This document shows, piece by piece, positions 1-12,830 of a stretch of DNA of 64,000 nt (its first letter is position 1; every line of letters begins with the position of its first letter). Location: assembly GCF_009914755.1 (NCBI RefSeq), contig NC_060927.1. One strand, given 5' to 3'. Below the pieces are notes generated by a model. It saw nothing but the letters and a program-made list of their open reading frames with translations. It was not told where the DNA came from and searched no databases. This DNA comes from the human T2T-CHM13v2.0 reference genome, Homo sapiens. The position numbers were made by a program, and so were the translations under genes.

Positions 1-579
1 CTGTACTATGTTTTCCAATGATTGTATGCAAACCATTGTTTTATATGTTTTATCTATTTTCTTATTATTTAAAGCAAGAAGGAATCTGGTCTTTCTTACT
101 CCATCATGTCTGTAAGTAGAAGTCCCTGAAATTGCTTTTTAATTTCCATTTCCCATTGTGTATTGCTAGTGACTTCTGCTTGTTTTTAATTTTGGATTAC
201 ATTTATCATTGACATAATTGTATTTTTACATTTATATTTTCAAAGTAAGAATATTAAAAATAAACTCAGTAATTGCATTCATGCTCTCATACCCTTACAC
301 AACTCCTTTGGCTAAGCTTTACCATTTTAGTTGATTCTTCTGAGTTTTCTGGTAATGGTCTCATAATATGAAAAGACAGCTCTGCAAAGATCCATGGGGT
401 GGGGACTTGAGCCAGAGACAAAATACAAATGCCTTGATGCTTTCAAGAGTGTTGCCTATTTTAAAAATAATAAAAGAGAAATAAAGGAATAAAATGAAAG
501 CCCGGAAAGTGTCCAGAGCATTATAGTGAAGAAAGGAAAGACACCATTCATTTTAGGTTATAGAAGTCACAGAAATCTT

Positions 580-1400
580 ATCAGGTAGGGCCTGATGTGC
601 TAGCATAAAAAAAACTTAGCCATTATTCTCAATGTAATAAGAAGCAACTGAAGAGTTTTAAGCAGGGGAATGATCGGAGAAGGTTTTCAATCTTAAAACT
701 ATCCCTCTAGTAAGAAACATGGAGGGTGAATTTTGTTAAGGGGACAGCAATAGCTATATGAAGACAAATTAATAGAGGCATGGTAAAAGTTTAGGGGACA
801 GATGATAATTTTGCCCATATAGGTGACCAGAGTAGAAACAGAAAGGTAAAAATGGCTTCAGATTACATTTGTTTTCATTAGAAATTGCTGGTGAGTTTCA
901 TGTGATGGTAAAGGGAAGAAATAAATAAGAATGATTCTCTGGCTTTTGAGAAACTGGGTTCTCTGAATTACAAGCAAGAAACAGAGTTGATGGGAGGAGA
1001 TTGGGGGACCAAGAATTCTGTTTTGGCCTGTTCAACTCGAGGGACCTATTAGACATTCATCTGCATATATCAAGTATGAGGTTGGTTATGTTGGCTTGGA
1101 GCTCAGAGACTGGGGAGGGCAGAAAACAATCTGAGAGGTAATGAACAACGCAGTAGATCAAACCGTCCTGGGAAAACATGTGTTTGGAGAATAACAGGGG
1201 TGAGACCCAAGCCCTTAGTACATATAAACATGCAGGTCTGGCAGAGGAAAAGAAAGCAGCAAGACAATACTGAGAAAATGAAGTCAGGTAGGAAAAAAAT
1301 GGAAAAGTGCTATGTCATAGAAAAGAAATGTGCAACTCAAGAAGGAAATAAAGTTGTGTCCAACTCGGATCTGTAAATAAAAGAATACAGCAATCTCAAA
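580..1400 (-). mobile_element. L2 LINE relic (degraded)
   Basis: Motifs typical of antisense L2 (GAAGAGTTTTAAGCAGGGGAATGA; CCTATTAGACATTCA; TTGGAGCTCAGAG). Boundaries approximate. Confidence 0.65.
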
Positions 1401-1739
1401 GAGAAATAGAGATGGAAGCACAGATAGCCCAGAAAAAGACAGGGGAAAAAAAGGAGTGGGCGCTACCTGCTTCTTTTCAGTCCCCGTCATGTTGGGTAAT
1501 ATTTCCTATAACTGAGATCCATGCAGTTCCCAATATGTCCTCCAAATTCCCTTCACATATTCCGGGCAGATTTCTCTCTCATAGTTATGAATCCTATGAC
1601 ACTGCTTCAAGAGAAGGAACTAGATAGCCTGAAGCAGTAATTCATATGTTAAAAAAAAACTTTTTGAGAATCATAATTGATGACTACAGCCATGTGTGAC
1701 TTTTTAAAGGGGTAACAACAAAAAAAAGAATGAACATTT

Positions 1740-1960
1740 GAATGTGACCTATATACCAGACATAAGATGTGCTTCACCATACATTAAGTCATTTAACCAC
1801 ATAGCAAATATGCAGGATTAGATTCTGTTATTCCTATTTGGATATAAAGAAATGAAAGCTTGGTCAAGTTAGTCAAGTCTCTATTCCTTGGATGTAAAGC
1901 TAATTCATGGCAGCCAAGTTTCAAATCAAAGTTTACTTCAAAGCTCACCATGAACACTCT
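1740..1960. mobile_element. MIR SINE relic
   Basis: MIR-like core (ATTCCTATTTGGATATAAAGAAATGAAAGCTT...TTCAAATC). Boundaries approximate. Confidence 0.5.
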
Positions 1961-3469
1961 CCCAAATAACGCATTATTTTGAAGGACATGATTTTTTTCC
2001 CCCACCCTTAGCAGATTCCATTTCATGCAGACAATGTTGCCATCAGTAAACTATCTGTGGCACTGACTCCTGCCCCACCACTGCAGTAGCATAGTCTACA
2101 TGTACATTGCTGACATGATTAGGAAAGGCCAATGACACAAAGAAAATGAAGTATGTTTTCTGAAAAGCATGCACATTGATCTGTATGAGGTATCCCTCCC
2201 CAAATTCCCAAAGTTAGTTGAGCAATGGTATAAAAATAATGAAAACAATGTGTTGAGTTTAGGAGAGACTACGTGCTAACTTATACAGGAGATTCTGGGA
2301 TGTTTATAATTTCAGATTGGGGCAAAATTTGCAGTTTTATATGTTGCACAAAAATAGTTATACAAAAAAAGTGTTGCTCTTTAAACATTTAGCAATAAAA
2401 TACAGCTGAAGAACGAAATCTCAGACAGGAAATGTCAAACATTTTATTTAACAGGTGTGGCTACTGAGACAAAGAATTAAGTTACTAACCCAAGTGAAGT
2501 TACTTGCCCAAGATCAAATGGCTACTGAATAGTCAAAGACAAAAGTAGAAAGCAGATGTCTCTCCACTAAGATTGAGCTCTAAGACTATATGGTGTATCA
2601 GTTGAATCTCACGTGTATGTATAGCTGATATTCACCTGGAGGTGAATACTGTAGCTCAGATACAGTAAATGCAAATTTAAGTAAATTAGAAAGTGAACTT
2701 TCTTAATTTCTGAACAATTCATAATTTCAACTTCAAAAAGGCAGGCAACAGTTTTTATATCCATGATGACAACCTTTAACAAAAAAATAGCAAACACCTC
2801 ATTCAGGAAAGATTTTTAAAGTGTTTTTTTTTCTTTCATTTTAAATAGATGCAGAAAGAAATGGAGGATTTGAGAGAAATTTCTGCAGCCCTTTCAGTAT
2901 GGAAGGGCTGAAAAATCAATAGGATCTGCATTTTCAAAGGAGAAACATCAAAAGAGGTCAAGGGCCAAGTGTGCATCTGGGTAGACTTTTCTCCTTCCTT
3001 TAAAGGAACACTTGGCCTTTGAACTGCATGGTTTTATACTACAAAGGTTTTGGAGTTATCCAAAATCTTTGAAGCTGAAAGAGGAGTTGCTTAATACTAA
3101 GGACTGAATATCCTGAACAAGTCACTAAAGCAGGCAAAACCAAAGGCTTTCCATGAATCCAGAACAATGGCTTTCATCCTACTGACCATGATGTTGAAAC
3201 ACAACTTTGAAAATCAGAAGTGGAGAAACTAGGAAACCCTCCAATATCAATGAAGACAATGAGACAAGGTCTGTGTAGCAACAAGATTACCACAGAGTTG
3301 AGCATCATGTACCTAAATCTATTCTCATACCTGCGATTACTAGCTGTGTGATCTTGACCAAGTCACTTTCTCTCTCCTAGTCTCAAATTCCTAATCACCA
3401 AATAAAAAGATTATCATCTGGCTGGTAAACTGGTTACACCTTTTGGATCAATTTCAAATGACAGATAGG

Positions 3470-5550
3470 TTGTCCCAAGCAAGATCAAATCTCAACTACA
3501 TCCTGTTGGAAAGAAATGTACTTTAAATATAACACAATCAGGTTAAAAGTAAATGGATAAAAAAAAAATAGCATGTAAACACTAATAATGAGAACATTGA
3601 TTTATATAAGACATAGACCTATTAGACTTTGGGTTACAATAATTTGCAGATAAAAAGTATTTACTTATAATATAAAGGGTCAGTTTATAAAAAGGACATA
3701 AAAGTCTTTAGTGTATATGCACCTAACAATTTCAAAACACTGACAAAACTAAGAGGAAAAATAGATCTATCTACAATTATAGTTGGAGATTAATACTCTT
3801 CTCAAAAATTGAGAGAAAAAATAGAAACATTAGTAATCATTGAATAACTGGACAACATTATCAAACAACTTGATCTAGCTGACATGTATAGAACATTACA
3901 ACACATGTCAGACTGCATATTTTATTTCAACTGCACACGGATCATTCACCAAAATAATGGCTAAGAAAAAAAAAACAACAACATGAAATTTCCAATCCTG
4001 GAAGCACAAGGAGTTCTGAGAAAGTAAATCACAAATCAATAGCTAGAAATATGTAGTGAAACTATAGAACACTAAAGAAAATGATCTTAAAAGCAGCTAA
4101 AACATTCATTTATGAAAGGAGTAATAATTAGAAGATTTCTTTAAAGTAACAATGGAAATCAGAAAACGTTCATAATAATGAGACAGCCAGGTGGGAAGGG
4201 GGTCCCCAGAGAAACTCCAGCCGGCCTGCACACTTGGAGGAATACGCACCGAGCCACAGAAATTCCGGCCCTTTGCAACAGGAAGGAGCCTGACCCCTCC
4301 TCTTCCTGGGTGGAACTTGGGATTCAATCTTCAAGGAGTGAAGCATGTACTGGTACTAGCATGGCTTTCACTCTGCTGAGAGTCCGTTTCCCCTTTTCTT
4401 CCTTTTCAACCCAATAAAAGCCTGCCTTACCCTTCAAGTTGTCTGCAAGCCTAATTTTTCATGGCTGTGTGATAAGGACCCTCATCTCTAGCCGAACTAA
4501 GGAAAAAGGCCCACAACAATAACAAATAAAATGTTCAAATAATATGCTCCAAGGTGAAAATAGCTGTCAATTAGAATAGAAATGTCTCTGGCAAACATCT
4601 CTTAAGGCCAAGTGATATTTCCAGTTAAACAAAAATAGAGTTCAGCACAAAAAATCTTCTTTAAACAATCTTCTAAAATATGTAATTGAAGGAATTTAGA
4701 CATTCAGAATTTAAACATTCTAAGGTTTCAATATTGCTCAGGAGGAGAGTCAAGTTTTGATGGACTTCGGGCTTCAAAAAAATTAAGAATACATAGGGAA
4801 ATGTCAAGTTTGAGACTAAATGGATTATGTAATTTTCAAAATAGTAGAGAAAGAAATGGAATTTTCAAAAATAAAAGATGAAGCAAGGAAGGAGCCAGAA
4901 AAGCTTCTAAAAACTAATACAAAAAGCAAAAACATTAAATGAGACAACAGAAATAAAGTTTAAAACAACAGTAATCACAACTAAGACTGATCAGTCATTT
5001 GAACGGCAGATAGATTTAAATTCTGCTTTATGCCATGAAGGAACACGCTAAAACTTAGGAAAATCAAAAGGCTGATAGGAAAAAGATGGAAAGCACGTAC
5101 TAAAAACTAGCTAAAAAAACAATTGGGGAGTTTGTATTTATATCAGCCAAAATAGCATTTAGGTAAAAAATAATAGGGACAAGGAAGATCACATAATCAC
5201 AGAGTTTCAGTTAGCAAGATGATACATTAATTCTAAACTTGATTATAATTAAGAAGAAATCGACAATTTACCAACATACCCTTAGGCTTTCACGTAGCTC
5301 TCAGTAATTGAGAGATAAAGCTGACAAAAAGAATTAAAGATAAACAACTTATTTGCATTATGCAAATTTTGTGTAACTATTAATGAATTCATACTAATCT
5401 GAAGCCCACCAATAAAACATTTACTAAGATTAACTACGATAACGAGTTTTAACAAATAATCAAAATATAAATTGTATTCTTGAATCTCAGTATAATTAAA
5501 TTCAAAATCTGTAAGAAAGCATCTAGAACTATCCTTATATGGGAAAGTCT
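3470..5550 (+). mobile_element. Ancient L1M fragments (ORF2 start, ORF1 remnant, second ORF2 start), interrupted by an LTR
   Basis: A-rich sequence resembling the L1 endonuclease-coding region (GTTAAAAGTAAATGGAT; TATATGCACCTAACAA; ACAATTATAGTTGGAGA). A similar region recurs at about 5000-5540. No intact frame. Confidence 0.7.
4179..4518 (+). mobile_element. ERV1 solo LTR, MER61-like
   Basis: TG...CA termini (TGAGACAGCCAGGTGGGAAGGGGG...CCACAACA), 340 bp, AATAAA at about 4413, 4-bp TSD ATAA (4175-4178 / 4519-4522). Confidence 0.85.
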
Positions 5551-6750
5551 AGAACAAGTAGGTAATGAGTAGTGGCCATTTACTTCATTTTAAAAATTAT
5601 TTTCTCTCCCATTTTAAAATTGACGTAAAATTTAAATTTTGCAGGGGTAAGAAAGGAGACCGAAACTATGGGAAGATAATTGAGTCCCAGAATCTGACGG
5701 ATGGGGTCAAAGGCAGGAGAGAAGGAAGGGACAGAGGAATTAAGAGATTTGATTGGTATGAAGATTCAAATCATTTTTGGGGGTGAGTTAAGTAGACACC
5801 TGAAGCGGGATGACCATAACCAGGTGGGTCTGTGGAGGTTAGGGGTGAGCGGGCAGGATGAACTGGAAGAGTCAGCAGGCACTGAATGAGGGTCATGGAT
5901 ATTAGCTGACAGGTTGGGCATTCTGCTGAGTGCTGTGGTTTCAGATGACAGGTGGAGACTCTAATGTTATTTGGTTTTGGAGGAGCAACACCTTGAGTTC
6001 TACAGAGAATGGGTGACTAATACCAGCCAAGAAGCATGACCTCATTCATCCCTTTTCCCTCTGGAAGGGCGTCTATGGTAGGATTGTGTTTGTTCTGCTC
6101 TAGTTCTTAAACTCCATAACCATCATTTCAACAGAGCCAGGCCCAAACCATGAAAATCAAGTTTTATTTAGAATATTAATAACAAAGGAGGAATTTCTGG
6201 TTCCTCCTCACCAAGTCCCCAGGCATAGTGATACACATTCACCCAGACTCTAGCGCATATTCACCCAGAGTACAATTAGAAAACAACTGTGAAACAATTC
6301 TTACTAGATATAATACACAAAAGACTTGGCTACCAAGATCTTTTAAAAACACTGATTAGGTATCAGCTTAGAATACTTCCCTACACAGTTCCCTAGATGC
6401 TCAATAATAGATTGGGGCTAGCAATAAAAGATAAAATATTTTTGCTCTCTCTGGTCTAATTATTATGCGAGTATTTTAAACCATTCTCCCTTACTCTGTC
6501 CACAGAAATCTGTCCTCCACTAACTTCTATATATCGCTACTAGTTTAGACCCTTAAGATACCTTTAATAAGCCTCACCCCTCTCTGAAATAACAGTCTTG
6601 CCAACATTAGAAAATTTGTGTGTGTAAAAACTGGGGGACGAAAAGGATTATAATTGACTTAAGTTGATACGGAAGGGTAGAGGATTACTAGGAAAGTTAT
6701 ATTTTTAGAACATGATTTCCCGTTATGTTTGTGCAGGTTATTTTTACCAA

Positions 6751-6795
6751 AAATAAATAAATAAATAAATAAATAAATAAACAAACAAACAAACA
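6751..6795. repeat. (AAAT)n(AAAC)n compound microsatellite
   Basis: Directly visible. Confidence 0.95.
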
Positions 6796-7524
6796 AGGCA
6801 GGTGTTACCAGTATGGTACAGACTAGAAGTTCCTTCACTGAAGTTCTCCATGCAGTTATGAGTCCATGTGGCTGTCTTGTCTCAAGCTTAGCCTGCACCA
6901 GTCTGAACACAAGTCCTGCTTCTTGCCTTCCTGAAGCCCAGGCACACTGTGGAGGAGCCACTGCCCAACTCTGCTGGGTGAGCTGGTCCTCCAAAGCTAG
7001 CCCAGTGGCACTGAGTACTCTAGGTCCACTCATGCAAATGTCTCTCGATGAAGTCTCTAATTCCCTGTTTGTGTCTCATTTACTATTTCTTCTCCTCTGA
7101 CACTTCTCCATTAGTCTACACATATACCTGAGACTACTATTCACTACTTTTGATTTTGGACAAGTTCCATAACCTCACTAAGCTATTATCAGGAATTGCA
7201 TAGATCAAAATGAGATAAGCCAGATCTTTAAAACTGAGTCTGTAAGGGGGAAAGCCTGGGAAATCAGTGCCTTTTAACTAGCAGGTGGTTCTAATGATGG
7301 AGCAAGTTTGGAAAACACTTTCATTAATGTCACAATGCTTTGTTAATATGTAGCTGAATCACCTGAATGCATTTTAAACAGGCAGCTTCCCCTGGTCTCT
7401 CCAGACCCACCTGAGACCCACTAACCAACTAAAGCAGACTCTCTTCATGTTTGCATATTCTGATGCAAGACACCTGCAGAAAGCACTTTGTGGAAGCCTG
7501 ACTGAAAACTGATAGTGTGCTCCT

Positions 7525-7660
7525 TGTCCATCAGCATCAACATCACCTGGAAGTGTTTCAGAACTACAGAAAATCCTAGGCCCTACCTCTTCTGAATCAA
7601 TGTGCATGTTAGCAAGACTCCATACCCCTGCCCCAGGCAATTCTTATGCATGTTACCTTC
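7525..7660. mobile_element. MER5-like hAT-Charlie MITE
   Basis: CAGCATCAACATCACCTGG...TCTGAATCA...CCCCAGGCAATTCTTATGCA matches the MER5A pattern. Confidence 0.7.
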
Positions 7661-7667
7661 AAGAATG

Positions 7668-8292
7668 GGTTTTAGTTAGGGTTCTCCCCAGAGACAGAAC
7701 CTACAGATGTCTAGAGAGACATATGAAAAAGGATTTATTAGAGGCAATTTTCTTACTTACTCATGGAGGCTGAGAAATCCCACAACAGACCTTCTGTATG
7801 CTGGACAATCCGGAAAGCCTGTAGCGTGGCTCAGTCTGAGTTTGAAGGCCTCAGAACCAGGGCATTCTATGGTGTAATTCTCAGTCCAAAGCTAAAGGTC
7901 AGAGAGCCCGGTGGCGCATTGGTGTGAGTCCTGGAGCCCAAAGGCTGGAGAACCTGGAGTTCTGATGTCTGTCTACAGGCAGGTCTCTTCTCCAGGGAGA
8001 CTGCCCTTTATCTGCCTTTTTGTTCTATCTGGGGCCCCCAGCCAATTGGAATAGTGCCTGCCCATATGGAGGGCAGATCTTCTTCATTTAGTCCCAGTTT
8101 CCCTCAGAGGCACCCTCACGGACACACCTGGGGCAGCCCAATTATTCTAATCAAACGCCAAGCCACCTGGGTTTCCCTTTCAGCAGAAAAGGGAAGGGCT
8201 CAGTATCTACTGAAGCATGGAGAGTAAATAATGCTTTCCCAGGTAAGTATCCCTTAATACAGTCAAGTTCACACCCAAAACTAACCATCACA
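7668..8292 (-). mobile_element. ERVL solo LTR, MLT2 family
   Basis: Starts TTAGTTAGGGTTCTCC...AGAGACAGAACC and ends CAGTCAAGTTCACACCCAAAACTAACCATCACA, the reverse complement of the MLT2 5' end. Confidence 0.85.
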
Positions 8293-8412
8293 GAAGCAGT
8301 GACTTAAGCCCAACAGTGAATCTCAGAATTAAGATTCTAAAAATGATTCTGTTCTCAAATGCTCTTGGGCTAATTTAAAATGTAACTTAACCTATTTATT
8401 ATCTATCTCTAG

Positions 8413-8446
8413 ATTTTAAAAAATAGTGCACAGGGAACTTTAACAG
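8413..8446 (+). other. Candidate 34-nt spliced exon
   Basis: Branch-like CTTAAC (8386-8391), T-rich tract ending TCTCTAG (AG at 8411-8412), and a perfect donor CAG|GTAAGT at 8444-8452. No transcript evidence available. Confidence 0.3.
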
Positions 8447-9199
8447 GTAAGTAGTCATCTGTCTTTAGAGCTGAGGTCTGTGTGGCCAGGTGATCTGTGT
8501 CTGTTCCATGTTTCCATTTGGAATGCCAAGAGCTCTGCCTACCAGCTGGTTTGGGATGTCTATGGCATGAATCATCAGCCATTTGGACCTTGACAATAAA
8601 AGGTTTTTAAAGGGAAATTGCTCCCCATCTTAGGCCTCAGTTTCTCTATTTGTAAAGGAAGATTACCATGCCCACTTCATAGGTTTGCAGAGAAGATCCA
8701 AATGATGTATGTAAAATGCAAGCTCAGCATGAAGCATGAGGCCATGTTTTATTTGTGAAAGGGAATGTGTAACCATGGAGGCAGGAAGTAGTGGTGAATG
8801 TCTCTGGAGCTATATTTTAAGCCCTCACTGGAAGGCTCACTCTACCTTGCTATTGTCAGAGAAGGAATAAACAACAATTGTATCACATTGGTATCACATC
8901 TGGAGAAATGCATGGGAGGACAAAAGGCAGGTAGGTATAAATGTGAAAATCATTTTCCCAGAGAAGCCAATTTTTATTTGCAGCTTCTTTGGCCTCTCAA
9001 TTTATTGTTCTACTTCCAAACCCAGAAGGGTCCTCACATTTACCAACAACCTGGAATAATAAGGTTCTGACCCAAATTTTAACAATTGAGGATTTTTGAA
9101 TCATAAATGAATATACCAGCAGGACTGTTTAGGATCCTTTTCTCTGTTTCCTTGCAATGTTATTCACTCCTATGTTAATTTATACCTGCATTCCTCAAG

Positions 9200-9410
9200 T
9201 ATTTGCTATGTCTCAGGTACTATGCTAAGCTTTGGATATGCATGACTTTATTTAACCCTTATTATAACTCTATGAATGAGGAACTCATGCCTTTTCTGTA
9301 GAGAAGGAAACTGAACCACAATTAAGTTATAAATATGACGAGTCCACTCAGCTAGTAAGCGACAAAGACAGCCATTAAACCCAAGCAGCTTGATTCAGAC
9401 TCGATGTCCT
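9200..9410. mobile_element. MIR SINE relic
   Basis: CAGGTACTATGCTAAGCTTT...GAGAAGGAAACTGA...CAGCTAGTAAG. Confidence 0.65.
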
Positions 9411-11379
9411 TTGCTTTTGGAGCAGCTACTGTGTGCCTGGCACTGGGGCTACAAAAATGAGATACATACAGTTTTTGCTCTCAAAGACTAATGGCCTAAT
9501 AGAAGACTGCAAATTCTAATGCAAGGAGGGTAACCCCATCACAAGACTTGCCCATCATAAACATTGCTAACGGATCCTCACAGTCTTTCCCACTGAATCT
9601 GGACTTGTCACGTAGGGTTCCAGGAAATCACTGCAATTGCTTGAAGTTGGCATTTCAGATGACGCTTTTTTCCCGTTCTTGCTACAGTGGAAATCTAAAA
9701 TTATTAATCTTTATTGCCTCTTGCCTTGGCCTGTGATAGAAGCAAAGGAGAGTATTGATATGTTTTGCAATTAACAATATTAGGTATTAAGGATCTGTCG
9801 CAAACAAGCACAAGCCTAGGAAATGACAGTATCACGATAGTCAAATAGCCAAGAATATTGCTCTAATTTGTACAATTTGTCAAGAAAGATAAGCCTTTTA
9901 CCTTACCCAAATCATGCCATGTCTCCTAAATCTCATAGCTCATATAAGTAATTTGCTTGAATTTTATCTTTTCAGGAATTAAAAAAAGGTTAAAAATGGA
10001 GTTTAAAAAAGATATAACTGCATTTACTATCAGATAGGGTGGGCTGACAATGCAGAAATCTACCTTAGCAAACCTAATATTATTCACGTTTCTCCAGTTA
10101 ATTGAAAATGCACAGGTGGGCTAGGCTAAAATTAGCATAAGAGAAAAACATTATTTCTGTTTATATAATTTGCATTCCTTTGTATCAGTGAAATGACATA
10201 TCAGACAAGAGGCTTACCTGCTGCAGTGCAATCTTTAATCCCCATCATGTATTAATCATTCTTCTGCAATATAATAAAGCTGCTTCTGTCATGATGGCAT
10301 TGAATGTAAACAGTCCCAATTACTGGTAATTCTCAACTGTTTTGCAGAAAGAACAATGTGGTATGATCCATGGGCTTTGTAAGGAAACAAAATAATAAAG
10401 TTAACTGAGTTTTTCATCTTAGTTGAAACTTTTCTGCAGACTTCCCAGGTCCTGTGCTTACTTTCTTGAATTATTTCTAAAAACTGAAGCAACGTACAAG
10501 CAGACCCTTGGGAACAAAACATCTTTCCATTTATAAGTTTCAGGAAAATTTTAATAGGCTGAAAGCGAGGAAGCAAGTTGTGCTGCTAATTTCCCGCAGG
10601 CATTTCCCAAGTTTTTACCCATCACACCATAAGACCTTTGAGTAAAATGGTTCTGTTTGAACCAGAATATTGTTGTTACTCTTGTTCCACATAAGAGAGA
10701 AATAAAAATTGCCAGCAGTGAAAGCAAATTACAAGACAAGGAATGAATGTCACATCTGTCTAGCATTATGATGCACTTTCTTTAAGCTTTACCAGCATTT
10801 AAACCTTCTGACACTCTCAGAAAGTAAGTGATCACTAGTATTTCTAATGGTTTTGAGAGAAAGCTCTTCAAAGGAAGATGATTCCTCGGATGTTAGAGAA
10901 AGGCTATCATCCAGTTTGGAGGGCTGAGATGATGGTGACAAAACCAGTCACTCTTCACTACTTTCTCACCAGAGGCAGACATTACTAAATAATTTCAATG
11001 CTTTTTCACACTGAGCCCCATTTAACCTTCTCACCTTAATCCTTTGAGAAGCCACTAACAACGAATTGAAATTGAAGCACATAATGAAAGACGTTGTCAT
11101 TTCTTCTTTCAGATTCAAACACCTAACTAGAGACTGTTTGAACCACTTCTTCATCAGGAAGGTACTCAGGAGATAAAAAGGAGCAGGAAATATTTGATGG
11201 GATTCCCTAAGCCTTCTCTTTCCTCTTCTACCTGTCCACCCACCCATCTTCTCTTTAAGAAATAATAAAAGTAGTTGTAGAAATTCAAGGTAGGGAGTCT
11301 CACATAGATGACTCCCTCATCCCTGGGGAACTAGAATGTCGTTTTATGCAGAATGGTTGCTCATATGCATAGAGAGCTT

Positions 11380-12130
11380 TGTAGGCCTTGGTAAAAAATA
11401 AAATGAGAAACCATTAAAGGATATCATCCAGAGAGAAGCTTAATCATCTCTAAGCTAAAAAAAAAAAAAATCACTGTGGCTCCTATGTGAATAAAAGTTG
11501 GAGAAGAGCAGAATAAATACTGGGGTAACCAGTTGGGGGTTGCTGTAGTCTGTGGAAAAGACGACTGTCCTTAATCAGGTTGGCCTGCCATAACAAAACA
11601 CTATAGAATGGGTGTCTTTAAAAGCAGACATTTATTTCTCAGAGTTCTGGAGGCTGGAAGCCCAAGGGTGCCAGGCTGGTCAGGTTCTGGTGAGGGTTCC
11701 CTTCCTGACTTGCATTCGGCCACCTTCTTGCTGTGTCCTCACATAGAGGATGGAGAGCTCTGGTATATCTTTTTCTGTTTATTAGGACGTTAATCCAATC
11801 ATGGTGACTCCACCCTTGTGACCTCAAATAAATCTAATTATCTCCCAAAGCTCCCATTTCCCCCTGAAAAAACCCCATCTCTCCCTGTCAGATTGGAAGT
11901 TAGGGCTTCAACATAGAAATTTGGACTGGGAAGAAGGAACACGAAAATTTAGTACATAACAATGATGGTAGTGTGGAATAGGTGAGAACAGTGGGGTGGA
12001 AAATTATTCATAAAGCAGAATTCACAGGACCTGGTGAATTGATTGAATTAGGGAGGTAAGGAAAAAGGGGCATCAAGGATAATGCCAAAATTTCTAGCTT
12101 GAGTAAATGGGTAGGTGATGATGTCATTAA
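11380..12130 (-). mobile_element. L2 relic split by an MLT1 insertion
   Basis: GGCCTTGGTAAAA...; GGACCTGGTGAATTGATTG; GGCATCAAGGATAATGCCAAAATTTCTAGCTTGAG. Confidence 0.65.
11566..11961 (-). mobile_element. MaLR solo LTR, MLT1A-like
   Basis: TGTC...GCCATAACAAAACAC...TTCTGGAGGCTGGAAG...CATAACA. The 5-bp TSD ACGAC/ATGAT differs only by C/T transitions. Confidence 0.85.
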
Positions 12131-12449
12131 CAGAAAAGAAGAAACAAATTTAGTGATTATGCAACTTATTCCAAAGAAAATTAATCTGATCTTATATATG
12201 AAATACTTTAAAAGATCTAGAGTGATGCTACTCAATGTAATAGTCTATCCTGAAGATAAATATTAATGCTAATAATAATAATCATAGTTAATTTTATTGT
12301 TTTGTGTCTACCAAGTATAATGCTAGGCTTTGTATATTTATTAGTTCATTTTCCATTTCATAAATAGCTCTATGACATGGATATTATCATCCTCATTTTA
12401 CAGATGAGTTAACAGAAACACAGAACAATTAATTTTCTCTGTTTGGTAA

Positions 12450-12830
12450 TACTAATGTTTGCCAACATTCATTTCTCTTCTAATCAGGGACAAAGAGGAC
12501 TACAATCCCCTGCCCACTTGAAGTGGAGTGTAGCCTCATGATGTGCTTCGGCCAGTGGAATGTGAGTGGACGAGAACTATCGCTTTCAAGTGTAAGTATT
12601 TAAGAGCCTTTGTTTGATTTTCTGTGCCCCCTCTTCCTCTGCTGAGCTGTCCAAAGAAGCCAGGAGTTCAGGTAGTATAGCTGTATGTTAATATAGCTCC
12701 TATAGGATCTGTCAGTGATGACAATTACATCGGGCATGGAACATGAGCAAGAAACAAAACATGGTTGCGTTAAGATGCTAGGATTTGGGAGGGATTCCCT
12801 ATTACAGCATAACAGCTTCTTCTGTCTTAC
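12450..12830 (+). mobile_element. Old MaLR LTR (MLT1 family)
   Basis: GCTTCGGCCAGTGGAATGTGAG...GTTGCGTTAAGATGCTAGGATTTGGG...TTACAGCATAAC. Confidence 0.6.

Noticed and set aside
6659-7100. Overlapping 124-aa (-) and 95-aa (+) ORFs
   Set aside because: No recognisable domain. The hydrophobic segment is simply the (TTTA)n microsatellite translated.
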